Shown here one piece after another: positions 1-14,188 of a stretch of DNA of 64,000 nt; position 1 is the stretch's first letter, and every line of letters starts with the position of its first letter. Made by a program: the position numbers and the translations under genes. The DNA is from Daphnia carinata. Its lineage: Eukaryota. The stretch spans positions 2,108,001 to 2,172,000 of the forward strand of contig NC_081332.1 of assembly GCF_022539665.2 (NCBI RefSeq). The letters run 5' to 3'. The notes beneath the pieces were generated by a model. The model was not told the DNA's origin. It saw only the letters and a list, made by a program, of their open reading frames with translations, and made no database searches.

Positions 1-1299
1 AACAGCAAAAAGCTCCTCATCCGGTGTAGTGCGAATACATTTCTAACTTACAAAACGAATGTTGTTTTTTGGTAAAAATTGAAATTCAGCACCAACTGGC
101 AGTGAGTTTGAGAACTAATAGTTTCCATTATTTATTGGTAGATGGCGTGCGAGATTTCTAGTGACATATCAGTTGGGCAGAGGACTCTGATCTGTGTAAT
201 CTGTTCGGACGTGTGAATGGCCTACCGCTAGATGGCACCATGTCTGGGCAGTTTATATAATACAGCCATATAAATGTATTAGGATGTATATGTACACTGG
301 ATAAAAAACATAATTATTTAAGTAATCTTGTTATGTTCCTTATATGTTGTTTTACCAAAAGGGAAAATATTATCTTTTATACGGAAAATAGATAGTAAAC
401 AATTTTGGGGTAGAAATCGGGGAAAAAAAAGGCTACTTAGCAGAAAGCATGCATTCAGCGTTTATAATGGGGAATTGTAACAGGAGATGCCTCGTATTAA
501 AATCAGGGACGCGATGAGTACCAATATGACCTTTCAAACACAAAAAAAAAAATTTCTCTTCTCGAATCGGCGAAAAGCTCCGCGATTCACGTGGGGCCGA
601 GCCGGCGAGCCCTAGTCAAATTCAAAATGCGAAATACCACATGAATCGGTCCTATTTCCACAGCCAGGCAACCCTGAGCAAAAAAAATAAAAGGCAAAAT
701 GGCCGACCCTCGTGTATAACTAGACGTTGTTTATCTCGGGGTTTTTTTGGGCCCATATTTTCTTCCGTTAATCTTAAATTCTTGTCATAAAATTTCCAGT
801 TGCAAATGTCTCTTAACACGTTCGTCATTGCAGTATTCCTGATTGGTTGATTCGACAACGAAACAAAAGTGTTCTTCACTTTTTTTTCCCTCACCCTTCC
901 TCCTCGTACTCACGCGTTTTTGTGTTCCCTCAACTCCCCCACACGCAGAAGCAAGGCCCGGTTGTCCTTTACTTTCTCTGAGGGGTTCGATTGGCGCGGG
1001 TTGTATGATGAATGGCGCCGTGATCTACCTATAAATGACCTTGTACTTCGGCGAGTTTTTAGTCTTTTTTTTTTCACTTTCCAGTTCCTATAAGTAATTG
1101 CTCAAACGTTGATAACGCACCAAATCGTTAGTTTTGTGGGATATTTTGTCTGCTCTGTTTTTCGAGAATGGAACTAAAGCCATTTTCATTTTGATTGCCC
1201 TTTGAAAGATTTGTGCATACATTTAAGTGTTGGTTTTCATAAGTACCATTGTCTTACAAGTTTCATTTCTTGTTTTATTGCAGTGTACCTATTCATAAA

Positions 1300-4200
1300 A
1301 TGTCTGGAACTGATGGTGAAGACGATTACAAGGCCCTTCAGAGCTTTGGTGATGGTGAAGGCGATGATGATCTTGGTCTCTTTGGAGATTTATCATCTTT
1401 TGAAGGGCTGGCTCTTGAAGAAGATGCTGCTGAAAGTGGAAGCTTGTGCCCTCAGTGTTTGTAAGCTATCAGTAATTCATCTCAATTTGAAGTGAGCGTT
1501 CTAATATGGGCTTCATTTTATCAGGGAAAAATACAAAAATCCCAGAGTCTTATCATGTCTCCATGTTTTGTGTGAAAACTGCCTGAAGGAGTTGCTTGCT
1601 GTAGACAATGAAGACGGGTGTGAAAATGTGATTTATTCAGGGAGAAGCAAACCACATAGGGCTTTTATTGTATGCCCACTATGCAAACAGGAGACCTCAG
1701 TATGTTTTCGTTTCACTTCAAAATCTTAAAGAAACTATTAGAAAAATAGTCTTCTACCTTTTTCAGGCAGGAGAACGAGGTTTAAGTTCACTGCATCTGG
1801 ATCCGGTATATCAAAAAAAGACTGCTTCGGATTCCTGTCTTTCTGGGTTGATATGTACCAGCTGCAAAGCCAATGAGGAAGCTGTTGCAAAGTGTATGGA
1901 TTGTGACAATTTATTGTGTCCCAATTGTTACTCAGCTCATAAAGTAAGAGTTTCATGCCACTAATACTTATGCCCAATAGACCTAAGTTCTACTTATCTA
2001 ACATTACATAAATTGTTTGTTCAAATTGCAGTATATGCGCTGCTTTGATAATCATTCGGTTATCACATTCGAAGAGTTGAGTCAATCCGGTCAATCTGTG
2101 CCTATAAGGAGAAATCCAAATTGTCCAAGACATCCTACTGAAAGCTTCAAGTATTTTTGTAATACCTGTCAGGTAATGTGATACATCACAAGCTCTATGG
2201 ATTACATTTTCAAACTTTGCTTCATTATTTTTGATAGGTTGCCACTTGTACCCAGTGTTTGAACACCTTTCATTTGGCTTTAGAACACAGAACAGAGCGA
2301 TTGACCGACGCAGAAGCACGTTGCCGAGCCGAGTTGACACAGTTCAGCGAAGAAATAAGCGTCCGCCAAAACTCATGTCGTATCAATGCAAACAAACTGG
2401 AAAAAATGTTGGGGGAACTGCAACACCAACACGATGCGGCTAAAGCAACCATTGCGGAAGTTCACCAAGCTTATGTTGCACTGTTAGAAAAGAAACGGGA
2501 ACAGATGCTTGAAGAGCTCGAGGCCCTTCACAGTAAACAGGTAGCGTAATATTTAACTGTAGTTGGTAATTTAAGACTGATCGAAACGTTTCGTTTCATC
2601 ATTTTTTATCTTCGATATCCGATTGAATTTAAATCAGGAATTAAGCATAATGGAAGCTTGTCAACGAGTAGACCGCACACGTGATCGTATTCAGACGGCC
2701 CTGCGCTATACCAAAATGCTATTGGGCGACGCTGAACCGGCTGGCCTGTTACATCTTTCTGCTAGTATTAAAGCCCAGATGCAGTTGCTGCATAATGCGG
2801 CATCACGAAATGACGAAGTGGATGTGCTTTTAAAATTCGAATCAAATCTGTCACGTTTCGAAGATGCGCTGAATGGCTCGTATGGCTATTTCGCCCAACA
2901 TGGTAGCAGTGGTGTAAACAGTAGCGGTGTTCCATCTAAACCAGTGTCTTCTCTGGGCTTGCCGACACCTTCATCAACTCCACTGCCTCCTTCACCTACC
3001 CATTCATCTCCATTGGAAACGCAACCTTCTTCTTCTGGCAATTTGTCTAATATCGGCTACGGGATGTCTTCGGGCATGTTAAAAAACGATCTCACTCACT
3101 CGGGCTTGCTGTCATCAATGGCCGACATGACCAACGCGCCACCCGACCTCTCGGCCGCCTTAAGCCTGTCATCGTTCGCCAATTCGATGTCGTCTTCGTC
3201 ATCGTCTCCTTCGATGAGGGCTCTTGATCTCAACTCGCTGGGATCAGTCGGTTCTATGACGTCCATACAAGAGTACAATCTGCAGCAGCTGGCCTCACTA
3301 GCTGGCAAAGCTGAATGCCAAAACCCGATTCAACAGCAACACCACCATATTCATCAGCAACAGCAACATCAGCGCCAGCAAGCCGGTCTGCCCCCGCCGC
3401 GTGGCACTCCGTCCCCTCATCCTACGTCGCCCTTTACGCTTGCCGACTTGCTAGCAGGCGACATGAACGTTACCAGTCACGCTTTCACGAATCTTCAAGC
3501 CTTGGCCAAGCTCGGCTCTCACAGTATAACTTTTTTTTTTCTTTTATCTTATATTTATATCGATATGGTTTTACACATGCTCGCTTTTATGTTTGACTCA
3601 GTCTTTCATCAATCCAATATTTTCTTTTTGAGAAGGTTCTTTAGGTATGGATGCCTTAGGAGGAGCAAGTCATGGAGTCTCCTCATTGGGCCATTCTGGA
3701 ATGCAGAGCTTGGGCACTAATCTAGGGCTATTGGTGAATGGCGGTGGGTCGTCGTCCGTAAGCCACAACGGTGGACTAGGTGGTCCGCCTCTGTCCCCTC
3801 ACGATGCATCATTGCTTGCCTCGGCCCTAAGTGCCCCTCCGTTCATTCCGTCGAATTCGGTAAACTACGGAATGCGTTACAAACGAAGTGATAATATCTC
3901 CAGTGGCACCTCGCACTGGCGCCATTAAGTCCCCATTTTCTCCTACCAGTTCACTTTCTCTCTCCATCTTGATTTCACTTCTTCTTCTACATTGGAACTA
4001 CCAAGATAAAGATCACAATTAATTGCTCCAAATGTAATAGTCAGCGTCAGATGGTTTTCCAAATACAATCTTTTGCAATGAAAAAAATGGAATGAACAAA
4101 CAACCGAAGGCTACGAAATAGGTTCGGTTGTTTGATCTAGTCTCTTTATTTTTCGTTTCTAACCCCACAAAATCCGGCTTTGCTATTTCCACTGTCGTCC

Positions 4201-5650
4201 TCTGGATCTCTAAAACGCCTGACATTCTTTATTTAGCGTTTTCTCCAACCCATGTTTTCATCCTTTTTGGAAGAAAAAAGAGAAAATCGTCATTTAGTAA
4301 TGTTTTCGACAACGCGCATGATGGATTCCAGTCAAGGGCCCAGTGGAAGTAGCACTCCAGCCGTGGGTTTATGGGGGAAGAAAACAAGTAAAGAAACGAA
4401 ACCAACATAATTTGAGAGAGAAAGTGAAACGATCCATCCAAAACAATAGGTGATGGACCCTTCCTCTTTTAAAGATCTTTACGTTTTTTATGGCCCTTTT
4501 CTTTAAGTATGCTCATAATTTTTTGTTTTTCCTTTTTTGTTCGTTTTATACTAGCCACGGCCATCTTCTGCCGTCTCAGCCTCGTCAAGTGCCTCTTATA
4601 CTGCCGGTAGCAGCACTGGAACCTTGGCATCCAATCCAAAGTACATCCCTATGCAAACCCGCGTTCGTTTTGGACAACTAGGCTCGGCAAAAGGGCAATT
4701 CAATTCGCCCCATGGCTTCTGTTTGGGCATTGATGAAGACATCGTCGTCGCTGACACCAACAATCATCGCATTCAGGTTTATCCGCCACATATTATTGAT
4801 TTATTCCCTGTTTAACGTTTCAATTATGTAGATATTCGACAAAGACGGGCTGTTCAAACATGACTTCGGCAATCCTGGTAAAGAAGAAGGCCAACTTTGG
4901 TATCCGCGTAAAGTTGCCGTCATTCGCCAGACCGGAAAAATCGTCGTGTGTGACCGCGGAAACGAGCGCTCAAGAATGCAAATTTTCTCACGAACAGGCC
5001 AGTTTATCAAACGGATCGTTATACGGTAAAGCGAAAAAACCAAAAGAATGATTTAAGTAAAAAATTTAATTTCGATTTGGCTGGTTTTTAGGTACATAGA
5101 TATTGTAGCTGGCTTGGCTATAAATGAACAAGGTCATATTGTTGCCGTCGACTCCGTGTCGCCAACCGTCTTCCGAATAACTGAAAATGGCGACTTGATC
5201 AAATGGTTTGATGTGTCCGATCGGATGCGCGAACCCTCAGATTTGGCCATTCACGGGAAAGAGTACTACATCTGCGATTTCAAGGTACGCATTGATTCCA
5301 AGGTTGACTTCGAGGTCGTTAATGTTTGAATTCAAATTTAGGGTCATTGCGTGGTGGTATTTAATGAAGAAGGAGAATACGTCCGTCGAATCGGGTGCGA
5401 ATCTATTACCAATTTCCCCAACGGCATTGACATATCGGATGCTGGTGACGTTCTTATTGGAGATTCTCATGGAAATCGCTTCCATGTGGCTGTATTCTCC
5501 CGCACTGGTTTCCTGCTTTCTGAGTTTGAGTGCCCGCACGTCAAAGTCTCACGCTGCTGTGGACTCAAGATAACATCTGAAGGTTTTGTGGTGACACTGG
5601 CCAAAAACAACCATTACGTCCTCGTGCTCAACACATTGTACATCGTATAA
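1300..5650 (+). CDS. mei-P26: TRIM-NHL protein (RING, two B-boxes, coiled coil, Ser/Gln-rich linker, NHL repeats), mei-P26 orthologue; multi-exon
   Basis: ATG at 1300. The RING is split by an intron ([25 protein letters not shown]...CPLC). B-box1 [30 protein letters not shown]-box2 [25 protein letters not shown], coiled coil at ~2270-2870. NHL propeller runs from [37 protein letters not shown] to [24 protein letters not shown] introns keep frame. A RING plus this NHL sequence fits Mei-P26 rather than Brat. Confidence 0.92.
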
Positions 5651-8600
5651 GAAAAAGGCGCACTACAACAAACCAAGGTCGTGGGACGCCGACGGTTTAA
5701 CTGGGAAAAGACGTTTTTTTGCTTCCATAATCGGCGATGCCCAACTCATCAGATGATTTTCTCATTCGTTCAACAGTGTGACCCAACAGCGCAGGTCACC
5801 CAACACTTTGTGCCTTCGACTGCGTCCCCTTTTCGCGTTTTACACACTCACCGATGTTTTCGTTTTTTTTCAATGGCCAGTTTACGGATACTTAACTGTT
5901 CATTTTCAAGCGTTACCTTTTGATCCCTCCTCCGACAGGCCTGTGGTTCGTTTTGTTTTTTTAACTGCTTGTGTCAGTTAAGCAGGTCCAGTGAATTGTT
6001 CGAAGGATGGAGAACATATTCAATGGCCGTCATACCGAAGGGTGTGCATGACGAGTGGGTCCATTTATTGATTATAACCTTCAGCGAGGTGGCGAACTTC
6101 TGCACCAATCATTGAGCAATATTTAGAGTGAATTTCTCATTTTTTCCTTTTCCTTTCACCTGGAACCTGAATGTGTTTGATGCTAATCGTTCCTAGTCAC
6201 TCCCACCCTTTGTCGTCCTATTCCCCCCACCCCCCACCAAGTACTACGGAACTGTTTTGAGTCAAGGAAACGAAAAATCTGACGCCGTGTCTTCCATTTT
6301 TTTGCAATAACTGGATACCCGAATTTTTGCAATTCGTTGTGGTCTTTGGTTTTTGCGACTAGGAGTAGATTGACGTAAATCACTTTGTCACATTCCAATT
6401 CTTTGTTTATTATGTGAAATTAAGTCAGAGCAAAGTCCCCCCTTTTTTTTTGGTTTTTCTTTCCAAGCAAATAGTCATGATGTTCGTGAAATAGCTGTTT
6501 AGTTTTGTCAAAAACATCCCCAAAAAAGAAAAAAAAAAAAGAATAATCCGGAAATTTCAAGGTATACAGAAAGTCATGGAATAAAACGTGCCTTAAATTT
6601 CAGTTGTCTGCCCCCTCCCCCCCAGTCCACCAGAAGATAAGATAAAAACCTAGATTTCGTAATATGTATTCTTCACCCAATCATCTCTTCGATTTCCCTT
6701 GTTTTGCCAATGCGGTTTTGAAACCTATGGGGCTTGGCCCTTTTTCTAGTTGATCTACCACGATCTAGTTTTAACCGTTTTGTTATTGGTTAACTCACTT
6801 TTCCTTGTCGTTACGGTTGTGGAAGTCCGATGATATTCAGAACTCAAATCTACTCCATGATTTCAGTTTGTGTTTCCATCCGTTACCAACGAAAAATGTT
6901 CTCGTCGTCGAGAAGGATCGTTCAAAGTGTATGGTTTATACACTTTGTCCTGCTTCCACACGTGAAATGTTTTTTTGCTTTGTAATGGGTAGTCATGTGC
7001 TGATTTTCTAAATTCTTTTTTCCCCTCATGTATCGCGTCCAAGCTCAATATTCCGTTTGCCAATTGTTTCATTCTTTTTTTTTTCTTTTTGCGTTTCCGT
7101 TCCAACTGTTTAAAACGCTCGGCCGTTTGTTTTGTCTGTGTTTTTCAAATGAGAAGTCACTTTTGAAATAACTCTAATCTTTGGCCACGGAAGCTTTACG
7201 TCTTTCGACGCCAGATGAGCCAGTTATAAATATATATCTAGATTCTCGTGTATCCCAAGTCTTTCTGCGTGACTGAGTGCGCCGTTTCGTTTATCACGTG
7301 CTTGCTTTCTCCGGGCCAGTGCGAGAAAGGGCGAAGAGTCGGATGGCAAACTCGCCTTCGAGTTGATCCACATATCCTATTATGCCTCTTCGTTTCTTTT
7401 TGTGTTTTTCTTTCTTTACTTTCAGTCCACCTTTTCTCATCATCCGGGCTAGCCAAATGTCCAAAACCAAGAATTTTGTTTTGTTTTTTTTTTGCTCCTT
7501 TTTTTTTTCCTTTTTGTTGTCATTGTTCTTAACGTATACGTGTCTTCTTTTTCCCAGGGTTCGCTTTCTTTTAGTTTCTATGTCTGTTGCAAAGAGACCT
7601 TGGTGCCACCGTTATGTTATCCACGTCATAATTCGCGCAAGTGAAGGAGCTCCGTCTCCTAGGAAACGAAATCTATTTTTCATTTACTCTCGAGTTGGTA
7701 AAAAATAACAAAACCTCCTGGAATTGGGTGATCCCTTGTCAAGTATGTTTGTCGTCACGCTTTTGACCATCTTTTGTGGTTCTTTTCTTCTCGCTGCTTC
7801 TTTTGGCCGCGATCCTTGTGTTTTCTTTTTCATTCTCTTCGCGAAGCAATTCTCTATAATCTCCATAAATTTGTTTGATTGTTCGTTTTTTTTTTCACGA
7901 TGTGTATTGATTTTCTTTTTCTCTTTTTAAAAACCATTGAATACACAGTTTTTTTTGCATTGGTCTGTGTTGATTCAGTTGCGGGAAAACGGCTTGTCAA
8001 TAATTTAGGACTTGCCGTAGTTGCAGTTCAAGTTTACCTACTTTGCCACTTACGTAATGCTAGGTTGCCATGAAGCAATTCAAATAAAAAAAGCAAAGAG
8101 AACAACCATGTTTTCTGAAAGGTTAAGCCCAAGCAAAAAGTGCCATCACATAGCTTCCTTTTTATTGTTAGCCTCAGCTTGGTACAGCAGTAGTCGTACA
8201 GTCGCAACTATCGATCGTTCCAAGTCATGTCCCTAACTCGCGTACAAACAGAACTACTATAATAAGCGGAGAAACGAAACGCTTTTTTCCTCTCTACGTT
8301 CTCTATATATTTTGATTGAACCTTTCTTGAGCTGGACTACATTCCCTAACACGTAGTTATCTTTCAACTGAAATCAACAGTAACGTTTGCTAAATTTTTA
8401 TTTAGAGAATAAAGGCAAAAATTGCAACGAGAAAATCTCTGTATTATTTATGCAATTATTTTGTTGCAGACTAGTGCACAGAGTAATTGCATCGGTGAAG
8501 TGCTTTTCGACGTTCGAAGTGCCAAAATGTATTTTGATTCATCTTTCATTCCTCTTAAAGTTAAGTTATGGCTTTGTAGTTTACGTGGTAAAGACAGCAC

Positions 8601-10858
8601 GTCTTGGCAACGACAAACGCTAACGGAGTCAATAAACGTATCATCAGAAAGCGGTTTACACTATCACCAAGTAGCACGTTTCTGCTATTTATTCGTTTCA
8701 ATGACAAAGAGTTCTTTCAAAACCTATTTGTTTGATAGGCTACTGTTTAAAAAAAGATAAGAGTTTCGATCGCATCTATAATGATAGTAAAATAGTTTAT
8801 CGTAGATCAGATACTTACAGCACTTTGTTTCAGAAACTAGATCACAAAGATAAACAACTCGGTTGCCCCGAGGAAATGCAACTAGCAGACGCCGTAAAAC
8901 AAAACAAGCAGACGAAAATGAAATGGCCTTTTAAATAATTGTAATGGAAACCATCGTTGCAGTGTTCATTGTCTGAGGTAAACCATTTTTACTAATTTAT
9001 CCCGATCAAAGCGACAAGTTTAAGAGCCCTTCTGTGTAAACTACTTGTCTCCGGTTTCCCCGTAACGTCAAAATTTTTGTTAGGGTCGGCGATCGATAGT
9101 AGGCATACTATAGATAGAGGGCAATCAAGCAAGTTGAACAGCATGAATCCTTAGGGTTGAAAAACAACATACTCTCGCTTATTGTACGGTTGGTATTGTT
9201 TGTGGAGTGCATCTCTAGAATCCCCTTCAAGTCCTGGGTACTATGTAATCTATTGTCAATAAAGACAACGAACATTTCAGGTGAATCCGTATAGTATGAA
9301 GTTATGTTCGACATATTCCATAATGCAGCGTAGCCTAGGGTGTCGTAATGCTAGCTGTGTTCGTTGTGCTCGTCTGCTTAAAGTGGCCACAGGCATACGT
9401 GTTCGTTAAAAAGCACAGCGCAACGTGATCCTTTTTGCCAGCAGTTTTATCTTCTTTGCGGAAATTTGCCATCAAATCCCACTATCGAGGTTGACTAACC
9501 GGGACTTGCAGAATGCTTTTCTTTATTACGACAAGTCTTTATTTTTTTTTTTCTTCAAACTAACAAGCTGCCTCCTGCGATATTTTTGCTAACTTTCTTC
9601 GTAACTGTTACCAAGACAAGCTAATGTACCAACATTCTTTTTCGTGGAACACTACCCGAAAATTCCGGTGACACTAACATTCATTTTTCTTTCGACAATA
9701 CCATAGGTTAACAATGAAGTTGAAGTCGAAACTCTGTAGCAGCAAGGCAAGCCTCTCGTGATTCGTAAATGTCTAGAACCTTTGCTGTTTGGAGTAATGT
9801 AAATTTTTCTTCTAGGTTCACATTAGAGAGCAACGAACACGCTCAACTAAGATAATGAGCAACCCCGTGTGTAGGGTCAAGATGTTTAACACGAAAAGAG
9901 GAGTAGAGAAGACGTAGGCTTTGCACAGTGACATTCCTAGTTCAAAAGTGATTAAGAATGATCAAGATACGAAAAGGTAATAGAGATCAAAAGGGGTGCG
10001 CAATCAATACAGTGTGTGGCTACACTCGCGTTGACGTCACTGAACTCTGCTGAGATCAGGGTAGTAAATAGGGTCACTATTATGAATCAAACGTTTCTTG
10101 GCTTTACTATGACGCTAAGATTTACACTAGAAAAATATCATATTAACAGGACGACTTTTTGCTTTGCAAATCCCACAGCTTCGTTTTTGTATTTTGATAA
10201 ATTTCAGTATAAAAGTGGTAGATAGTCGTTTACTTCCCGTTTTTAAACGGCAGTCTCAAGCAAATCCACATATGTAGCTAAAATGAAACAAGACAAAACT
10301 AGGCTTACTAATATTTGGGCTAGAAGAAAACTATCGATCGGGTTGGTTCGCCATTCGCAACGAATACTGTCCCTCGGAAGGGAGAAAACATAACGAGAAT
10401 TAGCTGGAATATTGGTCATCCAAATGTGAAAATTGCTTGGCCATGTTATGGAAAGGATATTTCCCATAGGGGTAAGATCTCTTTCCAAATTCCTGTTCCA
10501 ACTTCGTTTGCCAATTATCGATCGATTTGGGAGATTCAAAAATCTAACCATTTCCTTTCACAAGCCAGCATTCTAAATAAACTAATTACTTATGTTCTAA
10601 AGAGGAACACGGAAATGGAATTTGGAAATTTTCATCAAATTGTCACATCATCATTGACAAGTGTGTATTGATTTTGACAAATGTAAAAAAAGAAGTCAAA
10701 ACTGGCTGTGGGATTAATAACCCAACATTGAATATAAATAAGTACTGAAGAATGAAATCAAGACAACAACTGGTGAAAGCTAAGATGAAAAACTGTGTCA
10801 TCTAGTGGATCACTTCTTGCAAAATGAATGAGTATCTGAGGAGAGTGGAGTCATTCTA

Positions 10859-11214
10859 TCAGGAGTTGGGCCCCAGATTGGTGCTCGATGAAACTTGGCT
10901 TTGGCCAGACTCTGTAAAAAGATTTATTGGAGCTCAAATTAAATCATAAACAAACATAAATAGTAAGCTTCTTATAAGAAACACAAACAAAAAGTACCTT
11001 CACATGAGAGCCTGGCAAAATTTCCAGGTAGTTCTGCTGTGGAGACTCTTGACTGAGGGCAATAAATATCAGGTATGGCATTTCGACGTCCCGTTCGACC
11101 CGAATTTAGGAAATCTTCTTCGATCTTGACATGTGCACCACAGTCTTCTGCGGTGGTACTGCTCGACGAACTTTCAATCGACATATTCGTACTGCCAGTC
11201 GAAGCAGTCGCCAT
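10859..11214 (-). CDS. PKI: cAMP-dependent protein kinase inhibitor (PKI family), 2 coding exons (10998-11214, 10859-10911), ~89 aa
   Basis: Contains the PKI pseudosubstrate signature EDFLNSGRTGRRNAIPDI and an NES-like segment ELPGNFARLSC. A phase-1 GT-AG intron joins to ESGQSQVSSSTNLGPNS*. Confidence 0.9.
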
Positions 11215-12342
11215 GTAAACTATCACACGAGAGTCAAAGCAGTGCCCAAGAAAAAACCTTCTTCGTCGCCATGTTTATTTAAATTATTCGAATTTCACAA
11301 GAATCAACACGATATCCAATCTCGTTTCACTAGTAACTCGTACACTCCTCCGAAGATATGGCACTACCCACACTGCAAAGTACGTAAGACATCACAGATG
11401 GACCACGATAATTCGTCTCGACGATCCTCGTTTTCCCAACCTCCAAATCTAGTTGTTTTTCTTTTTCAGTGCATATAGAGCCATCTAACGGCTATGAAAC
11501 GCACGCTTCTCTCGTGGCAGTAAAAACCAAAAAGATGCATCATAATCTGCCCAATGGTTAGCTTGTTTGTCGGATTGTTCCCTAGTCGATTGCTCTGTGG
11601 AGTTTGGTAGAAATAAAACCTGACCAAGGATAGATCACATCCGGAGAAAGATAACTAGAGAGAACCATGACGGCGATAAGGCCCACACGCTGATAACTGA
11701 ACCCTTCTAAACAAAAAACAACCACTAAAACGCTCAAATCTGCGCCATCGGAGCAAACTTTAAACGCAACCAGTAACTGAGCCACTCAATGTCTGGCAAA
11801 AGCTATTTATTTATGTGTGGCTGGCAACTAGTTGCTTGCACGTGTTCCAGCCCTATAACGCTTCAGACGAAATCTAGTTTACCAAAAGAATTATGTCATC
11901 ACTAGCTGCCTTGATGCTCACGTAACATCCTTACTAAACTGGATGCCTTAATGCCAATACAAAGAGTTAGTTGGAATGAAGAAATTAAGGTTCTTAGAGA
12001 AGAAGAAAAATATTTTAGAAAAAGCTCTATGTATGTTTACTGATTTCCAATCTGAATGAAAGGTTTATTTAAATATTCCAGCTCTATTAACTGTCTTTAG
12101 GACAAAGATTGCTCAGGTAGTAAGTAACGAGTTACTGGGCTTGTTTTCCTTTTTCGTTTTCATTTTACTCTTTTTTTTTCTTTCTTTTTACGTTTAAATT
12201 TTCAGCCATTAATTTCTTCATCGCAATCTTGCAGCGCTGTACGTGCATCTCCAATATTTAGGCAGAAGACGGCTCGGCCCGAACGAGTCGGAAGCAAAAA
12301 TACAAATACCAAAATAACTTTGAATAAATAATAAGTTTATAC

Positions 12343-14188
12343 ATGGCTTGGAGTACTATGTTATGCATTTGTCGGCGGACATATAACGTCGTGTCAGCTT
12401 CGCGAATAAAAACATTAGTGGTGGAATACTCAACCAGGTGCAAAACATTTGTTTTTCAAATTTTAGTTCTCTGCCACTGTAGACGGAAACGTATAAATTA
12501 TGCTTTTCATTATATCCATTCTCACTGAAAGTAGAACTTTGGTTGAAGTTGGAAAACTGGAAACACCAAAAATTCAAGGCAAATATGATGCTGGGCAGCT
12601 TTTCCTTCATCGTGTTTTTGGCTACAGAGGTGTCATTCTTTTTCCTTGGGTAAATTGTTGTTTTATCCACATCATAATGTTAAGGCAAATTTAAATTTTG
12701 ATTTGATTCCAGTCAGCTAGAGTTTATGACCGTGATATTTTGGCTAACAAGAAAGCCACAAAGTATGTATTTTTTATTGCAAATACACATTTTATAGAAA
12801 ACGTGCAAACTGAATGTGATGTGCTGCACCAAATATATTTCGAAGTCTAACAGGTTTGCTGTAACACAGAGATTTTCAAGAATATAGCCGTTTAAAGCAA
12901 AGGCCTTGCAAATTCCACCATGACTGTAAAATATATTTGTTGCATCACAGGGTGGCTAAGGATAGGGATGCAATAAATTCTTTGTGCAACCTTGGATAGT
13001 CATAGCCTATGCCTACTAATTAAGACTAGCTAACATAGTCTTTCTTCTCACATAGAACTCCTGATTCTGATGTTAATACCTCCAGTCAAATTGGCAGAGA
13101 AGTTAAAGGCCGAAATCACATGTATTATCAGGTGCTTATTGATTCCAGAGACTGCCCTCATATTGTAAGTATAGCTTGTGCCTTACATTTGATTCACTTT
13201 TTGTGAGCTGAGAAAGTAAAACTACAATTTGCATTTATCAAGAGAGCACAAACAGAAGCAGTTACATTTTTAGGTCAACAAGAAAACAGTAAATCACTTT
13301 ATGCTATTCCTGGCCTGGACTATGTTGCTCATGAAGATATCTTCCTTACCGGACCACCGAGCATCAGCCTCTTTGCCATGAGCTGTTTGAAAAATTCCTA
13401 ATGCCTGATCCGGATAAAGGTTGCTATTTCTTAATCCGTTAATTTTATCTTCATAGTACAGATTCCTTTATATGTTTAACATCGATAAACGAAGTGCAGA
13501 TCCGCCGTTCGAAGCAAGAGAGACGTTACGGGCATGGCAAGAAAAAAATCATCCGTGGCTGGAATTGTCAGACGTCCACAAGGAGACGACAGAGAACATT
13601 CGTGTGACGGTCACGCCCTTCTACATGGGATGCCGCGAGTCGCAGAGTTCTACAGTCTTTTGGGTTCGTTTTAGTTTGATTGAAACCAAAAAATTTCTAG
13701 ATATATGTTTTTGAACTGCTCAGTGGCGGTACTGCATTCGACTTGAAAACTTAGGAGAACTGTCGGTACAGTTACGTGAGCGGCATTGGCGTATTTTCAG
13801 TCTTTCAGGCACTTTAGAAACCGTTAGAGGAAGAGGAGTTATTGGACAGGTAGAATTTGATAATTGCCATAGTGCCAACTGACATTTTATTTATAATATT
13901 TTATTAGGAACCAGTGCTGTCACCTCAACTACCCGCTTTTCAGTACAGCAGTCATATCTCCCTTCAAGCACCATCAGGGCACATGTGGTAATTATACACG
14001 ACTTAATTTTTTTCCCAACTGTTTTACCAATCACTGAAATCAGCCAAGAATAAAGCTGATATTTTGTAATAAATAGGGGAACTTTCCGTATGGAGAGAGA
14101 GGATGGACATACATTTGACTGTCGCATTCCTCCCTTTTCTTTGGAAAGTAAGAACGAGGATAATAATTTACCAACTGGCGGGGTTTAA
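12343..14188 (+). CDS. POLDIP2: Polymerase delta-interacting protein 2 (YccV-like + ApaG/DUF525 domains); multi-exon; apparent frameshift near 13340
   Basis: Exons encode GKYDAGQLFLHRVFGYRGVILFPW, YYQVLIDSRDCPHI, AQTEAVTFLGQQENSKSLYAIPGLDYVAHED, ARETLRAWQEKNHPWLELSDVHKETTENIRVTVTPFYMG, WRYCIRLENLGELSVQLRERHWRIFSLSGTLETVRGRGVIGQ and GTFRMEREDGHTFDCRIPPFSLESK. The N-terminus is Arg-rich, like a transit peptide. Confidence 0.93.

Noticed and set aside
1..40. Possible start of a divergent minus-strand gene (MRSFLL...) at the window edge
   Set aside because: Only a few codons are visible; cannot be supported.
4290..4390. Possible cassette exon in the mei-P26 intron ([17 protein letters not shown])
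   Set aside because: Visible splice sites do not match the phase-0 flanking junctions.
9108..9314. ORF with TSYYTDSPE, resembling the Tyr-rich repeat family
   Set aside because: A single short motif with no repetition; insufficient evidence.
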